Shown: positions 40,104 through 54,028 of the stretch, piece by piece | How the letters are laid out: each line of letters opens with the position of its first letter | Position numbering within the stretch: the first letter of the stretch is position 1 | Assembly (NCBI GenBank): GCA_951406725.2 | Contig: OX597814.1 | Location: 22,568,001 to 22,632,000 of the forward strand | Origin: Octopus vulgaris | Taxonomy: Eukaryota | DNA: 64,000 bases | Direction of reading: 5' to 3' | Notes under the pieces: model-generated | Seen by the model: only the letters and a program-made list of their open reading frames with translations | What the model was told of the DNA's origin: nothing | Database searches by the model: none | Program-made: the position numbers and the translations under genes

Positions 40104-41508
40104 TCTGAACTAAATGCACGTAACAAGGTGTTAGCTATAAATTCCTTAGCAGTTCCAGTTGTTACTTATAGCTACAATGTGTTGAACTGGAATATGAGTG
40201 AAGTAAAGAATATAGACAGGAAAATACGCAAGCTGCTGAGTTGTAATAGGATGCACCACCCAAAGGCAGACGTAGATCGCCTTTACCTTCCCAGAGCCCA
40301 AGGAGGTCGAGGCCTGATCCAATTTGAACAAGCTTACAAAACAACCACAATTGGACTGGCCAAATATCTTGAAATAACGAATGACTGGATGCTAAAGCTC
40401 GTGGAAAATCACGAGAGACGAAAGAAGCTTCATTCTATCATAAAGGAAAGCAAAAAAATTGCTATTGATCTCGTGCAGGATACCCAAACTGAACAACCCG
40501 AGGGAAGTACGGCAACTATTGTTGCAAAGAAGGTGAAAATAATGGCAACGAAAAAAGCGCACGAGCAATTGGCTGATAGGTGGGAGGAGAAACCTCTGCA
40601 CGGCAAATATGTGGCCCGTAGCAAACAAGCTGATGTTGACCAGAAGCAAACCCATCAGTGGCTACGGAGCTCAGGGCTAAAAGCAGAGAGCGAAGGTTTC
40701 ATCCTGGCTGCTCAAGATCAAAGCCTATTAACCCGGAACTACCAGTCCAATGTAATGAAAAATGGAGCAGACCCAAAATGCCGATTCTGCAATGACATGA
40801 TTGAAACAGTGGACCACCTAATCTCTGGATGTAAAGTCTTAGCACCAGTGGAGTATAAATTAAGACATGACAGAGTTGGCCAATATCTACACTGGCTAAT
40901 AAGTCGGCATTACAATATCAAAACTGCCGACAAGTGGTATAATCACCACCCTGAAGCTGTAACTGAAGGAGAAAGTGTAACGATTCTGTGGGACTTTCCA
41001 GTACATACAGACCGAACCATCAAAGCCAATAAACCAGATATTGTTGTGAAAGACAAAAACAATAAAGTTTGCTTATTGATCGACATGAGCATCCCCTGTG
41101 ATCATAATATCTCGGCGTAAGAGTTTGACAAGCTCAGAAAATATAAAGACCTGCGCGTTGAAATTGAGAAAATGTGGCATCTCAAGGCGGTTACAATACC
41201 AGTGATCGTAGGAGCACTAGGAATGATCAAGAAGGGAACCGAAAATTATATGAGAATGATCCCTGGCTTACCATCCCTGCAAGAAGTGCAAAAGATTGTC
41301 TTAAATGGTACATCACACGTATTGAGAAGAGCATTGTTGCTGTGAGAACTATTACTACCCATGTAGTAATAGTTTTTTAACTTTAAAAAAAAAATGAACG
41401 AACTATTGAGTTTAGTTTAATGGCCTACCAATGTATACTATGAGTTTCTTTGCCCTAGGAGTCGGGAAGACACTCGGCAAGAAATGGAAGCAAATTTGAA
41501 AGAAGAAG
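40101..41508 (+). mobile_element. 5'-truncated R4/Dong-type RLE LINE inserted in (TAA)n
   Basis: ORF 40128..41120: RLYLPRAQGGRGL, EGFILAAQDQ, CRFC..ETVDHLISGC, RHD, KPDIVV..LIDMSIP. One premature TAA at 41118-41120, then in-frame KYKDL..GALG to TGA at 41345. (TAA)n on both sides. Confidence 0.96.
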
Positions 41509-41566
<58 letters not shown>

Positions 41567-42129
41567 ACTGGTACATGCAAATAAATGTGACTCTCAAATC
41601 TGGGCTGTTCTTTCTACATACAGCAACGAACTCTTTCCAGTTACAGGTTTGAAGAGAAGAATAAGTACATTAAGAAGGCAATAATATGAACAAATCACAG
41701 AATTAGTAATTCAAACAGAAAATAATATATGGTAGCCATTTCAATAATCTGCTTAACTCACCTAACTCTCACACAAGCCCCTAGCAATATTTGTTTTTAC
41801 ATTCAGCAAAATACCTTTCAAAACTTTGGGTGTATAATAGTTGCAAATTTTCGACAGGAAAAATCGTTTTCTCTACTGTAAATTTTGTTCTCCCCAAACC
41901 GCCAAAACGAATCTGCAAAACACATTTTCACTCAATTGTAACTGTCAAGCAAAATATATAGTATATAAGTATATATAGTATACTTTTGCTAATGCTCGCA
42001 ATTATACTTTGAATGAACCAATCCGTTTATAACGTGTTTACGCTGACTTTAGTTCATTACGTGAAATGCGATAATACTTTCTGGCACCTTTGAAATATAC
42101 CTTTGGTTACTTTTTCATTTAAAATCTCC

Positions 42130-42830
42130 AAACCACAATACAGCACTTATTGGGTCATTCATACCTTACTTATTACACTTTAGCAGTACACAGTTACATT
42201 TCACACAACAGGTCTTCCCTTCAGACCTCATGGCTCTTCAAACCGTTCCACTGGCTAGAAGTCCACCAGTTTTACGTCACTTATTCCAGGTATCACACAT
42301 GCTTCACTCCTGACCCACCAGAAACAGTTGGGTGGGTGACTGACAGCATACTTTCAGGAATGTCTCTTCCCTTCCAACAAAACATCAACAATGCTTCAAG
42401 TCAATCAAGGTGTTTACTTACACTACAGGTCTCCGGACAAAAAAAAACCCAAAGCGTACGGCGACTAGGAAATCTCCCTCACTCTCCAAAACAAGGTGAC
42501 GTTCACCCAACAGCGTAACCGTTACCCAGTATACAAAGGATCTCATACACATCACTCAATCTTCAAGTTTCTTCACCTTTCAAACTGCAGTATATGCGTT
42601 TGTTTCTTTGTCAAAATGACCTCACCAAATTTGCGGTCTCCTTATTTCCTTCTCTTAACAAACAATGTCGCTGTGAGCAGTACCTTCATGGAGAAAGCTT
42701 TCACCCTTGCTGCCTGTTTTGCATCGAACTACAAACTATATATCATTGGCCGATCTCCTTCAAATCTGCTCTCTACACTTCAATGGGATCCCTACACCGT
42801 ATACACACACGTTAAGTTCCGGCAAGAACA
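42130..42830 (+). mobile_element. Possible degraded apurinic-endonuclease (APE)-type LINE, endonuclease-RT linker
   Basis: C-rich segment with EKAFTLAACFASN, resembling the KA..F...F.S motif upstream of LINE RTs. Confidence 0.35.
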
Positions 42831-43282
42831 AACAGAGAAAGCTAATTTGATATAAATCATCGATATTACCACAAATAAAAGAAGGAACCCTAAGATAACT
42901 TAGATAACATCCAAATACACAAACACACAAATACTATAAATATTTCAAATCCTATATCCGATAAGATCAGCTATTCTTATCTAGATAAGATTGCAACTGA
43001 AAAACACATTAACACAGATCGAAAATATTTTATGTATCTCCTCAATGGGAGCTTGTCTAAACACAGTGAAATATCAAAATATATCTTTTGAACAGAACCG
43101 GAAGGAATTGCACAGGACTTATTAGAAATAATTTCAAATACCTTTACTACCACACTCATTTACATTCAGGGCAATTAATACTCAAACCGAAGTGAAAATT
43201 AGCTTGTGTAATCAGTTTTCCATCATAGCATTTCAGGGAGGTATACTAGTTTTCCAGCTACATAATCAGCCATGTAACTCAC

Positions 43283-43328
43283 CTTGAAGAATAAGAAACA
43301 GCTGGAGTTTCCGGGCGCACTGTTTCAT
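43283..43328 (-). CDS. Candidate first coding exon (MKQCARKLQLFLILQ, phase-1 intron)
   Basis: caaaATG context, basic-then-hydrophobic peptide, consensus donor AAG|GTGAGT at 43282-43277; lies in non-repetitive DNA; no partner exon identified. Confidence 0.35.
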
Positions 43329-46300
43329 TTTGCTTGCCTACCGTACCTCAAAAAAGAAAAAATGAAGCTTCCTTACGCAGCCCGTCGCACAGATCATCTG
43401 TTATACAAAGCGCTCTACTGATTTATATAAATTATGTTAGTGAATAACTTAATTCGGATATTTAGGCTTTTGATGACTCGTTTTTAATTAACCAATATCT
43501 GTTTTATGGACAACACAGTATAAATCAGAGGAAATGAAATAATCACAGTTCATCGCTGTGCGTAAATTAAGAATGTAAGCATATCCTTTCTGTGCTATAG
43601 ATGTGTGGGAAATAAGTGGAACATAATCTCTCCTGACTGACCGCTTCACTGATTATTCACTGATCCTCAAAGTAAGTGTATGTGTGTGTGTGTGTGTGCG
43701 CGTGTATTATATGAAGATAGAGAGAGTGAGAGAGAGAGAGACAGAGAGTAAGAAATGTGCGTGTTTGTGTGTATGGTTGACAAATAGTACTCGAATACCA
43801 AAGTTAGAGTTAAATGTAATGTTTAATTGAAGCAGAAAAAACTTTTATGGAACCGATCGTCTCACGGCAGTTAACTTTTGGAACAATACAGTAGTTTAAG
43901 TGGTTCTAAATGGTGCAAATGATGAAATACACATTTAATGGGATAGGACATGGAGTTATGACATTTCAAAATTAATGAGATTTATTGGAGAAGAGGATTG
44001 ACTGCATGTAAATAAACTGTATAAACATTAATAATGAGTGAAATAAGCTGAATAAAATTTCTTGCTGGTTATACAGCCACGCAGATGCTTACTCCAGTGT
44101 TAATATGAACTATATGAGTTTTCGACATTCCTATGAATTTTTATTAATACCTAATGCATTATACTACACTTAAACTAGCTTACTAATATATTTAGACTTC
44201 ACAATGTTGTGTGGAATAATTCACCATTTATACTTGCACATGTTGTTTAGTAACTTTACGCGTGGAACATTTTAAAAAACTAACGAAGTTATGATTTTCA
44301 TAGCAGATCAATACAATGGTGATAGACGGTTCATAATATAGAACTTGTGTAATGATGAAACCAGTAGAAAACTTTGCAAAGGGCCCGTATTACAAAGATC
44401 GAGTGGACCGTATATCAATGTATTTGGCCTGATCAGAAAAAGAAAAGAAAATTAAGGACATAATGTAGATTTTCATTTCTGTTACTGTGGAAAATTCGAA
44501 ACTACAAATCGTTTGTTGGTTTTGCCCATTATTGAATGTCTCTTGGTTGTATGATACGAGAAAGAACATAAATACTGCACAATATTACTTTAAAACGTGT
44601 TAAGATTTGATACACACACAAAATAATTAGCAAACACTTTTTGCCATTCTTTCCAACTTTTCAATAATTTGGTTGCATATTGTGCAATGTTGCTTCATTT
44701 TATGCAACTATGATACTACTTCTTTGAAGCAGGTGTTAAACATTAACTAAGAAAGGATGCGTTCAATTATTGCTTCAGCAGGTGTCTGGTAACATTTGTT
44801 ATATTAAGTGCGGATATCAAGGTCACTAAGCTGCTATTAAGTCACCATTACCTAGCATGTATCATTCATAAAGTGTTGTATTAACTACTTTTCTCCAGTA
44901 GCATCGTTGCTTATAATACTGAGATTGTATAATATCAAAGAACATGCAGGGAGGCACAATACAAATATTGAAAAGATATCTATTAATACAATAATTTTAA
45001 CTGTTCCATGTTGCTGAATGCTTCTAAGTAGTAAGGAATCTTCTTGTGATAACTCGTGTTTTCATATAATTCTATCTTCAAGCGCAAGGCAAATCAATTT
45101 CCTGCGAATAATATATTATTACATACAGAATAGGAACATTTTAAGAGTCTTTTATAAAGATCTATAAAGGGTTTATATCATAAAGTATTAAACATTTATT
45201 AAGAATCTAAACAAGTGAAACATGTATTGCACAGTGTTTTCTAGATAGAAAAGCCTGTATCGTGTAGCATATGGAAGTTTAATTCAATACAAGATAGCAT
45301 TTGCTATTTATTATCAAAACAACTTATTCGAGTCAAACTGGAAGACATTATGCAGTCGCTCGATATGTCAAAAATAGCTGCGAAATCATGTCCAATTCAC
45401 ACACTGCAGTTTTAATGCGAATTGGCTCCTGTTGCATTATTTTTGGACAAATGATTGGATGATCGTCACTACCAAAAAATTTTGATCATAGGCATCCTCA
45501 TTCGGAGCTGAATTTTGGCTAAACACAACAGACTTTAATAAGCAGGCACTAATATCACAAGGTAATACACAATTAAAAATTGACTCTGATTGCATTGTCT
45601 ACCGAATTACATTAAGTACATACACAATACAACACGTCTTTAAATGCACTCGTTTCTTGGTTAATGACTGCAATCTTCATTTGTATTAGAAATAATAGTT
45701 ATTTGTAACTTATATGCATATTTAGACATATGACAAATTGAATTATCACTGAACAATTACTTGTAGATACTTTATCAACCGTAGTAGAATGAATGCAAAA
45801 CCAATCTCGGCGCACTTTGATCTGCGGTTTAGTGAACTATAAAATAAATATGTAACTTTCCGATGACTCAATCACTGCATTTGTGAAATTATTATTAAAA
45901 ATATATATCGTGAAACGAACAATTAATGCAACTATTGACTTAATTATAATATACTTTCCATGAGTGGTGCAAGTTAATTCTGCGTAATTGGCTCACCTAT
46001 TCGCATCGTTATATCATTATCTCTAAACGATTCAGTAATAGACAGAATAAAAGACAATACTTTTAACAATTGTCGAAAAATAAAAGGGAAAATTACTAAA
46101 AGGAAAACATCAGAAAGTATCTTAATAAATAGTGTAGAGATGCTGTAGTTCTTTATTTCCTGTTGGTAAATCAATAAGTATTTACTACACCCATTAAGTA
46201 ACTGCATCAAAATTATGGCACTATATTTAGGACGAATAAAAGTAAATCAGCACTCAGTCTCACTACATGTAAAAACTAAACGCTAGCTCTATACCTTCAT

Positions 46301-48696
46301 ACTTTGTACTTACAGCTACCAAATACATTAGTTCAAATCCTACCAAGATCCAATGTTGCATTTTATGCAATTGGGGGTGGCTGAGATAAGTATCAGTTAT
46401 GGACCGTGTTAATTTATGCGGTTTACACAATCTCTGACAAATATGAAGCCTTATGAAAGTTTTTAAAAGAGCAACGATTTAGGGACTTTCAAAATCAATG
46501 TTTGTCTTATTAATCTCGTTATGTCTTAAGAGTTTGTGTCTAAAACCATAATGTTTTGAATGAAATTAAAATAATAATGAAGCATGAAATTTGCGGGATA
46601 AACATACCTTGTATTAGCATTAAGATGTTTCTTCTAGTATTGTTGTTTAGAGTGATGTGACTTTTGTCCATCGTGTATGCTTAATAAAACTGTTACTGTA
46701 TACGACCAATATCGGATATAATACTGAATTATTTTCCGCTTTTTATTCCTTATAAAATTGTTCTATCTATTTCATAAGAGACGATCATTGGAGTAAAATC
46801 ACAGAATGGTAATATTTTTGATCACGAACAAATTCTATGAGGGCATATTAAATGACAGAATCTAAATAATGTTTCAACTGAGACCTCGCAAGTTAAAGCA
46901 AGTTACCAGTAGAAATATATCGGTATAATTGTAAGCGTGAAAATTTCAGTTGCGCTCCCATAATCTGAAACCTTGAATTAACACACATCACACAACAACA
47001 CGTTCCTAAATTTTGGTATAAATATCTTTCGTTAGAGAATAGACACGAATTTCTTTTCACAACTGAATTTGTTAATTTATATTGTGATTTACATAAAATT
47101 AAACTTCAGATCAAGCTGCTTTATAAAAAGTGTGTCGACTTCTACTTTGTATTATTCCTATACCAAAATTCTTTAGTCATCAAAATCACTGCGATATTTA
47201 TATGAAACGAAAGTCATCAGTTTCACACCATTGGTAGTGTTTGCAATCTATAAAAAGAAATAAAAAAAAACATAGACGCAAACAAATCACTTCAAATGGC
47301 ATCGAGAATTTAAAGATACTTTGATCTGGCTTTACATCTAAACCAACTAAACGTGTTGGCTATAAATTATATCCCTGAATAGGTATATAACAACTGATGC
47401 ATGTACATATGTTAATAAAACCAACGAAACGAACAAAACGGGTAAGTTAAGAATATTAAGTGCAAAGTTTAGTTCCCGAATTCGTATTTGAAGGCGAGGA
47501 AATAATTTACAAATGTGTTAATCATAGCTTTATAATGGTCTGAATGTCTACAATGTATATATAAGAAAGGTAAACGGAAATAAATGAAACATAGCAAGAG
47601 AAAAGTAATTGTAAAGCAAAACAGAATTAAAACAACTTAAGAATACCGCTGAGAGATTTTGACAATATTTACCGATAATTAAATACAAGAATCAGAATAG
47701 TTCCTGTGCATTTTATTCTTTTGCCATAAATCCTTATCATGCAACCATATACATTAGGATACAAAAGATATAAGCTTCCTCAAAATTACACACTAGCCAT
47801 ACATGCATCTGAATATCTCTATATAAATATACATATAAATGTATGTAGCATGGCCTCAGTCAAAATGACTGAAACAAGTAAAAGAATAAGGGAAAAAAAA
47901 AATATATATGCATATATGTATAGATGTGTGAGAGTGTGTGTATATACTCATATATATATACATACATACTTACACAGTCATGACAGAGGTAAATAGACAT
48001 CCTTATAATCATTAATGTTTATTTAAATCTGGAATTATGCATTTAAATTATTTTATAATTACTACAATGTGAATATCTAATATTTAGTAAATCTGCCCTT
48101 TGCATTTTTCAATTCATGGATCCTATAAGGCATTGTACTGATCAAATGAATATTCTCTTAGGAAATTTCTTGCCAAGTTTCATACAGTAATCACAAAAGA
48201 TCTGGCTTTGAGGATGCCTTTTTGTTCTTCTTATGAAGTGTTCTGTCCATTGTGCCCCAGAGGCATTCAATAAGGTTCATATCTGGTGACTGGCTTGACC
48301 ATGGAAGTTTTTTAATGTAATTCTTTCCCAACAAAATCATCATTGAACAACATTATCCATGATAGGTACATATAGGAATAAATATTAAATTTATCAAAAT
48401 TAATACCTTCCATTCTTATTCCAAATCATATATTTTACATTATATATACCACGCGCGTTTCATGAGAACATATTCCTCAATATTGCTGAAATAGGTCTCG
48501 AAATACAATACCATATTAAAACGATTATATTGCCAATTTTCAGGTCTAGATTCTATGAACTTATTTTGCTATTTACATCCTATATGAAGACATGCCAAAT
48601 TAAGATTATATAAGTAGAAGTTGTTGGAATAATTTTACGTTAGTAAATAATGAACAGAAATGTGAAATAAAAGTAGGAAAAATAAATGTTAGTAAA

Positions 48697-48890
48697 AAGA
48701 AATAGTACTCGAATATCAGAGGTAGAGTAATATGCTATATTAAAATGCAACAAAATTATCACAAAAACTGTTACTCAGAGTTTCACGTTCTCGTTCGTCG
48801 GACAGTTTTGTTTAGTGTTTGATGAATGGGAGCGTGAAACCTTGAACAACAGTTTTTGTGATATTTTTGCTGCCTTTTAATAAAGTATGA
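48697..48890. mobile_element. Small foldback made of two inverted HHR-bearing termini
   Basis: 48737-48805 is approximately the reverse complement of 48816-48882; the left end aaatagtactcgaata..agagt recurs at ~43782-43811. Confidence 0.7.
48763..48809 (-). ncRNA. Minimal type I hammerhead motif (U4C core variant)
   Basis: aaaactgt-CCGACGA-acg(agaa)cgt-GAAA-ctctgag-TA-acagtttt: 8-bp stem I, 3-bp stem II, near-palindromic stem III, GUA triplet. Confidence 0.75.
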
Positions 48891-49391
48891 ATATATACGT
48901 ATATATATATATATTTTCAGTAAAAACAATTAAGATTCAAGTGAGTTCCAATGAATACACATGAATGCGGTACTTAACTTAGATGCACCAGAAAGCTATA
49001 TAGTATTAACCATAAAATAATGTGGGGTGATTATAAACAAGAAAAAAGCAACAAGAATGGATTAGTTGTTCAGTACAATTGTTTCATACGAAGAACATAT
49101 TTATTAAAAGCTGCAAATATTGCAGCAAATACAAGTGTCCCGTATTCATCAGCCAAAACACATATCAGTTTTCCAAACATCCTAGGGGGTGAGGGTACAC
49201 TCATGAAGTATCGAAGAGAGTTCTATGAAAAGCAAAGTTAGATTGTAAGCCGACTTCAAAAGTTCTCTAATGATGCACAGTTTTATAAAAGGTTTTTTAA
49301 AAAGTTTGTTAGCTTCACAGAAAAGGTAAATCCATCCATAATAATGCAGGTGTAATTTCAGGATCTATATTGATCTATATTGCTTTTTTCT

Positions 49392-49448
<57 letters not shown>

Positions 49449-49494
49449 TATATATATACATATATATAGATATAGATATATAGATATACATATA

Positions 49495-49537
<43 letters not shown>

Positions 49538-49540
49538 ATA

Positions 49541-49975
49541 ATAAAAGGCTAAAATTAATTAATTATTAATTAATTTTACCAAGTAGTGTTCAGTATGTAA
49601 GAAGAGCAATTTACGGTATATTTAAAACATTACGTTATATAATTACGGTTCAGTAAAATAATTTAGTTTACCACACACTGAACTTTTAGAAATAGCAGCC
49701 AAAAAATCTTAGCTATTTCTTCTACTATAAGCTGACGAAGGAAATGTTGATCTTTAAATTCAACTAATCTAGAAACGTACGTTCTCAAGTTATCTTATGC
49801 TCATGTGATCTTTTGTTATTTTTCCCTCCATACCTACGTGAATTATTTTTGAGTATACCTTGTCTGGGAGATTTTTCTTATAGTAGAAGAAATAGCTAAG
49901 ATTTTTTGGCTGCTATTTCTAAAAGTTCAGTGTGTGGTAGAGTAAATTATTTTACTGAATCCTAATTATATAACG

Positions 49976-49979
<4 letters not shown>
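49541..49979 (+). mobile_element. Diverged solo relative of the 562-bp unit, with an inverted terminus
   Basis: 49731-49979 is colinear with the unit from 55752 onward; 49631-49731 is the reverse complement of 49877-49977; embedded in (TA)n. Confidence 0.85.
49729..49786 (+). ncRNA. Hammerhead motif, probably inactive (GUU triplet, truncated stem I)
   Basis: CTGACGA 49732-49738; a-gga-aat-gttga-loop-tcaac-taa-tct-a; GAAA 49772-49775; palindrome ACGTACGT. Confidence 0.75.
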
Positions 49980-50030
<51 letters not shown>

Positions 50031-50053
50031 CATACATACATACATACATACAC

Positions 50054-50126
<73 letters not shown>

Positions 50127-51202
50127 GGTAAATGTAGGTAATCAAACGAAAGAAAGTAGCACTAAATGTGAATGGTGAATTGTAAGAATAAGACTCTAAT
50201 AGCAAGTTGACGCGCAGCTGCATATTACGCAGTTTCGCAGGCGCAGTTAGGTTTCCATATTCAGAAGAACCGAGTCACAGTAAGAATAATTTTAAAAGAA
50301 ACCATATGTAACCTATACCTATTTCTACCTATCTAGCGATACACACACGCACATACATATACATTTGTATCTAAACATATATGTACTGTTGTAGAGATAA
50401 GCTATCTAGGAAAAAGAGAACATTTATGACGAATTAATAATGACCTTCCAGCTCTTGTGTCCTGAGTAATAATTCTCACTTGTACCAACAAATTTACACA
50501 CAAACCTAGAATTACTCAGTTTCTCGGAGAAAGAGCAAGAAGAAAAAATCTGTACAAGTGATAATTTCTAAGGGATGTTATAAGATTCAACAACTAAAGT
50601 TAATATTAGTGGGGTTTCAACTCTTGACCGAAAAGGGGTAAAACTAAATAAAATAAACTATATGTGCCCAAACCAAACCACTTTAGTAAAACAACTGGTT
50701 GTTATAGTATTTGAATATTAAGATAAACGGTTTAGGTAGTTTTCGAAAGTAACTTTATAACCCCCATGTATGTTTACTATTAGTGAAACTTAATAAATTT
50801 AAGTCCCCTGCTAGCATATCTTAAACAGAAAACCACTTAAAAATTTACGATATGCCAGGCTTTTAGGTTATGCCCGTTAATGCGATGCTGGGTAGACCTT
50901 ATAAATAATACTTATACGTCATTTCGTTTAACAATTCATTTAATATTCAGCGAATTTACTGTCCACGTAATATACATATAGATTTATTAGATAACGCTAA
51001 TGAAATTTGTTTGCTATTTACACCCTCTAACATTTATCAGATTATCTGAGGTTTGAAGTCATTTAAGATTAATGACTTATTGTGGCTTATAGGCGCTAAA
51101 TAGTTAAATATCATTTATAACTTGCATCTTCATAAAGGTCCTATATTTCTTTTATCCTGAGATATTTCTCTCTAACTTTTAATACACACATACACACATA
51201 AA

Positions 51203-51257
<55 letters not shown>

Positions 51258-51685
51258 CAAATTTATCTTTCACCTTTCTAGTTATTATTATATGTTCTCA
51301 GATACAGTAGAATCTTTGGTAATGATCGAATCTTTTACGTCCATTTATTTCCATGGTGTATCTGTCAACTTTATAGTTCAGAATTTCCCATGATTCCCAT
51401 CATGAAAGTATTTCACTAAATTTCTCGTAAACTTAAGCAAATAAGCATGTACCATACTCTCGAATTTTACATTATACATCGTTTGATATGCTCAAGACTT
51501 GTAAAATAATTTATAAGCTTGGATATAACTTGATAAAAGTATATGTTTTATGGGCATTATATTTAGAAATTCACATACGTAATTCCTATTCTACACTCTG
51601 ACGTCTACTCTCCATCCTTTTCTCTCCTCATCTCTGTCTCTGCCTCTATGTACACGCACACACACACACACACTCACAAACACAC

Positions 51686-51731
<46 letters not shown>

Positions 51732-51974
51732 AGAGGCGTTTAGCTCACTTGTCATCTAAACGAATAGGTACGAATGAGTAATTACTATAGTTGGTCGACA
51801 GTTAGGTTCCAAGATCACAGCTAAGTAATCTGGAAATAAACTGAATAATGACATACATACACACACAGGGAGAAAGCCCAATAAACAGTTGACAGTACCC
51901 TATGTATATGACTGTCTCTGTCTGTCTGTATGTATCCATGTACGTATATATATACGACGACGCCGTGGTGATCT

Positions 51975-52309
51975 CACATCACAACATCATAAGCGGAAAG
52001 TGTAACCTCTCGAAAGAGCTGTTCTTCACTCCTGCTCCAGAGCGTCGGCTGCGGGGTCATTCCGGAAAGCTCTATCTGCGACGATTTCATCTCAATCGAA
52101 GGAGAGGGGCTTTCTCCGTCCGGGTTGCGGATCCGTGGAATAAGCTGCCGGACGAGATGGTGAAGATGCCGACGACCGCTCGGTTCAAAGTCTCCCTTGA
52201 CTACAAGTGGCCTGAACTCTTTACATGAACACCACCCTGTACATAATTCCATGTCCCCCTACGTGGCCTTGGTTTTTGCTTTTTGAGCCAAAAAAATTAA
52301 CTAACTAAC
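51975..52309 (+). mobile_element. 3' end of a CR1-group LINE
   Basis: LRGHSGKL..RRGAFSVRVADPWNKLP, typical of CR1/L2 ORF2 C-termini; short 3' UTR ending in (TAAC)n. Confidence 0.9.
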
Positions 52310-52327
52310 ATATAAAATAAAAAAAAG

Positions 52328-52730
<403 letters not shown>

Positions 52731-52819
52731 AATTTTTATTTTTTATACATCCAACTACGTGCTTTCACATACAGACTCTCTCACCTAAATTAGAGAGAAC
52801 GTCATTCGTGATGCTGTAA

Positions 52820-53240
<421 letters not shown>

Positions 53241-53404
53241 GTAAAGAAATTCACTTTACCACACACCGAACTTTTCAGAAATAGCAGCCAAAAATTTGGC
53301 TATTTCTTCAACTGCAAATAAAAGTCTCCAGACAATGCATACTCAGAAAATAACTCACATAGGTATAAGGGAAAAACAATGAAAGATCACATCCATATAA
53401 GATA

Positions 53405-53466
53405 CCCGAGGACAGCCTGTTTCTGGATTCGTGGGTTAAACGCCACTTTTCCTTCATCAGCTCAGA
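53405..53466 (-). ncRNA. Type I hammerhead motif, unit 1
   Basis: tctgag-CTGATGA-a-gga-aaa-gtgg-loop-ccac-gaa-tcc-a-GAAA-caggctg-TC-ctcggg; predicted cut between 53411 and 53410. Confidence 0.82.
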
Positions 53467-53966
53467 GATTTCTTCTGATTTAGATTTGAAAATACTAAGA
53501 ATCAAACATACCCGTCCGATATCTGTAACATCGGACAAACCATGCCAGACAACCAGTACTAGCGAATCCAAGAATACAAATGAGATCTATTATTCTCCCT
53601 GTCCACCCACGTGAGTCATAGAGTAGTACATTCCTACAGAGGCAAAAACTGTAGTTCAAATTCTTGGAGAGAAAGCATTATATTGTCAGTAAAAAAGGGG
53701 TAGAATTAATTAATTGTTAATCAATTCGACCAAGCAGTATTCGGTATGTAAAAAGACCATTTACGGTATATTTGAAGTATTAATTTATAAAAATATGGTA
53801 AAGTAAAAAAATTCACTTTACCACACACCGAACTTTTCAGAAATAGCAGCCAAAAATTTGGCTATTTCTTCAACTGCAAATAAAAGTCTCCAGACAATGC
53901 ATACTCAGAAAATAACTCACATAGGTATAAGGGAAAAACAATGAAAGATCACATCCATATAAGATA

Positions 53967-54028
53967 CCCGAGGACAGCCTGTTTCTGGATTCGTGGGTTA
54001 AACGCCACTTTTCCTTCATCAGCTCAGA
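53967..54028 (-). ncRNA. Type I hammerhead motif, unit 2
   Basis: Identical to unit 1. Confidence 0.82.

Noticed and set aside
41118-41120. Programmed readthrough at the single internal TAA of the Dong copies (also 60039-60041)
   Set aside because: The stops are at different positions in the two copies, consistent with independent nonsense mutations.
53308-53571. Repeated 87-aa ORF (also 53870, 54432, 55041, 55708)
   Set aside because: Non-ATG start, no recognisable domain, crosses the ribozyme and the variable cassette; it recurs only because the DNA unit is repeated.
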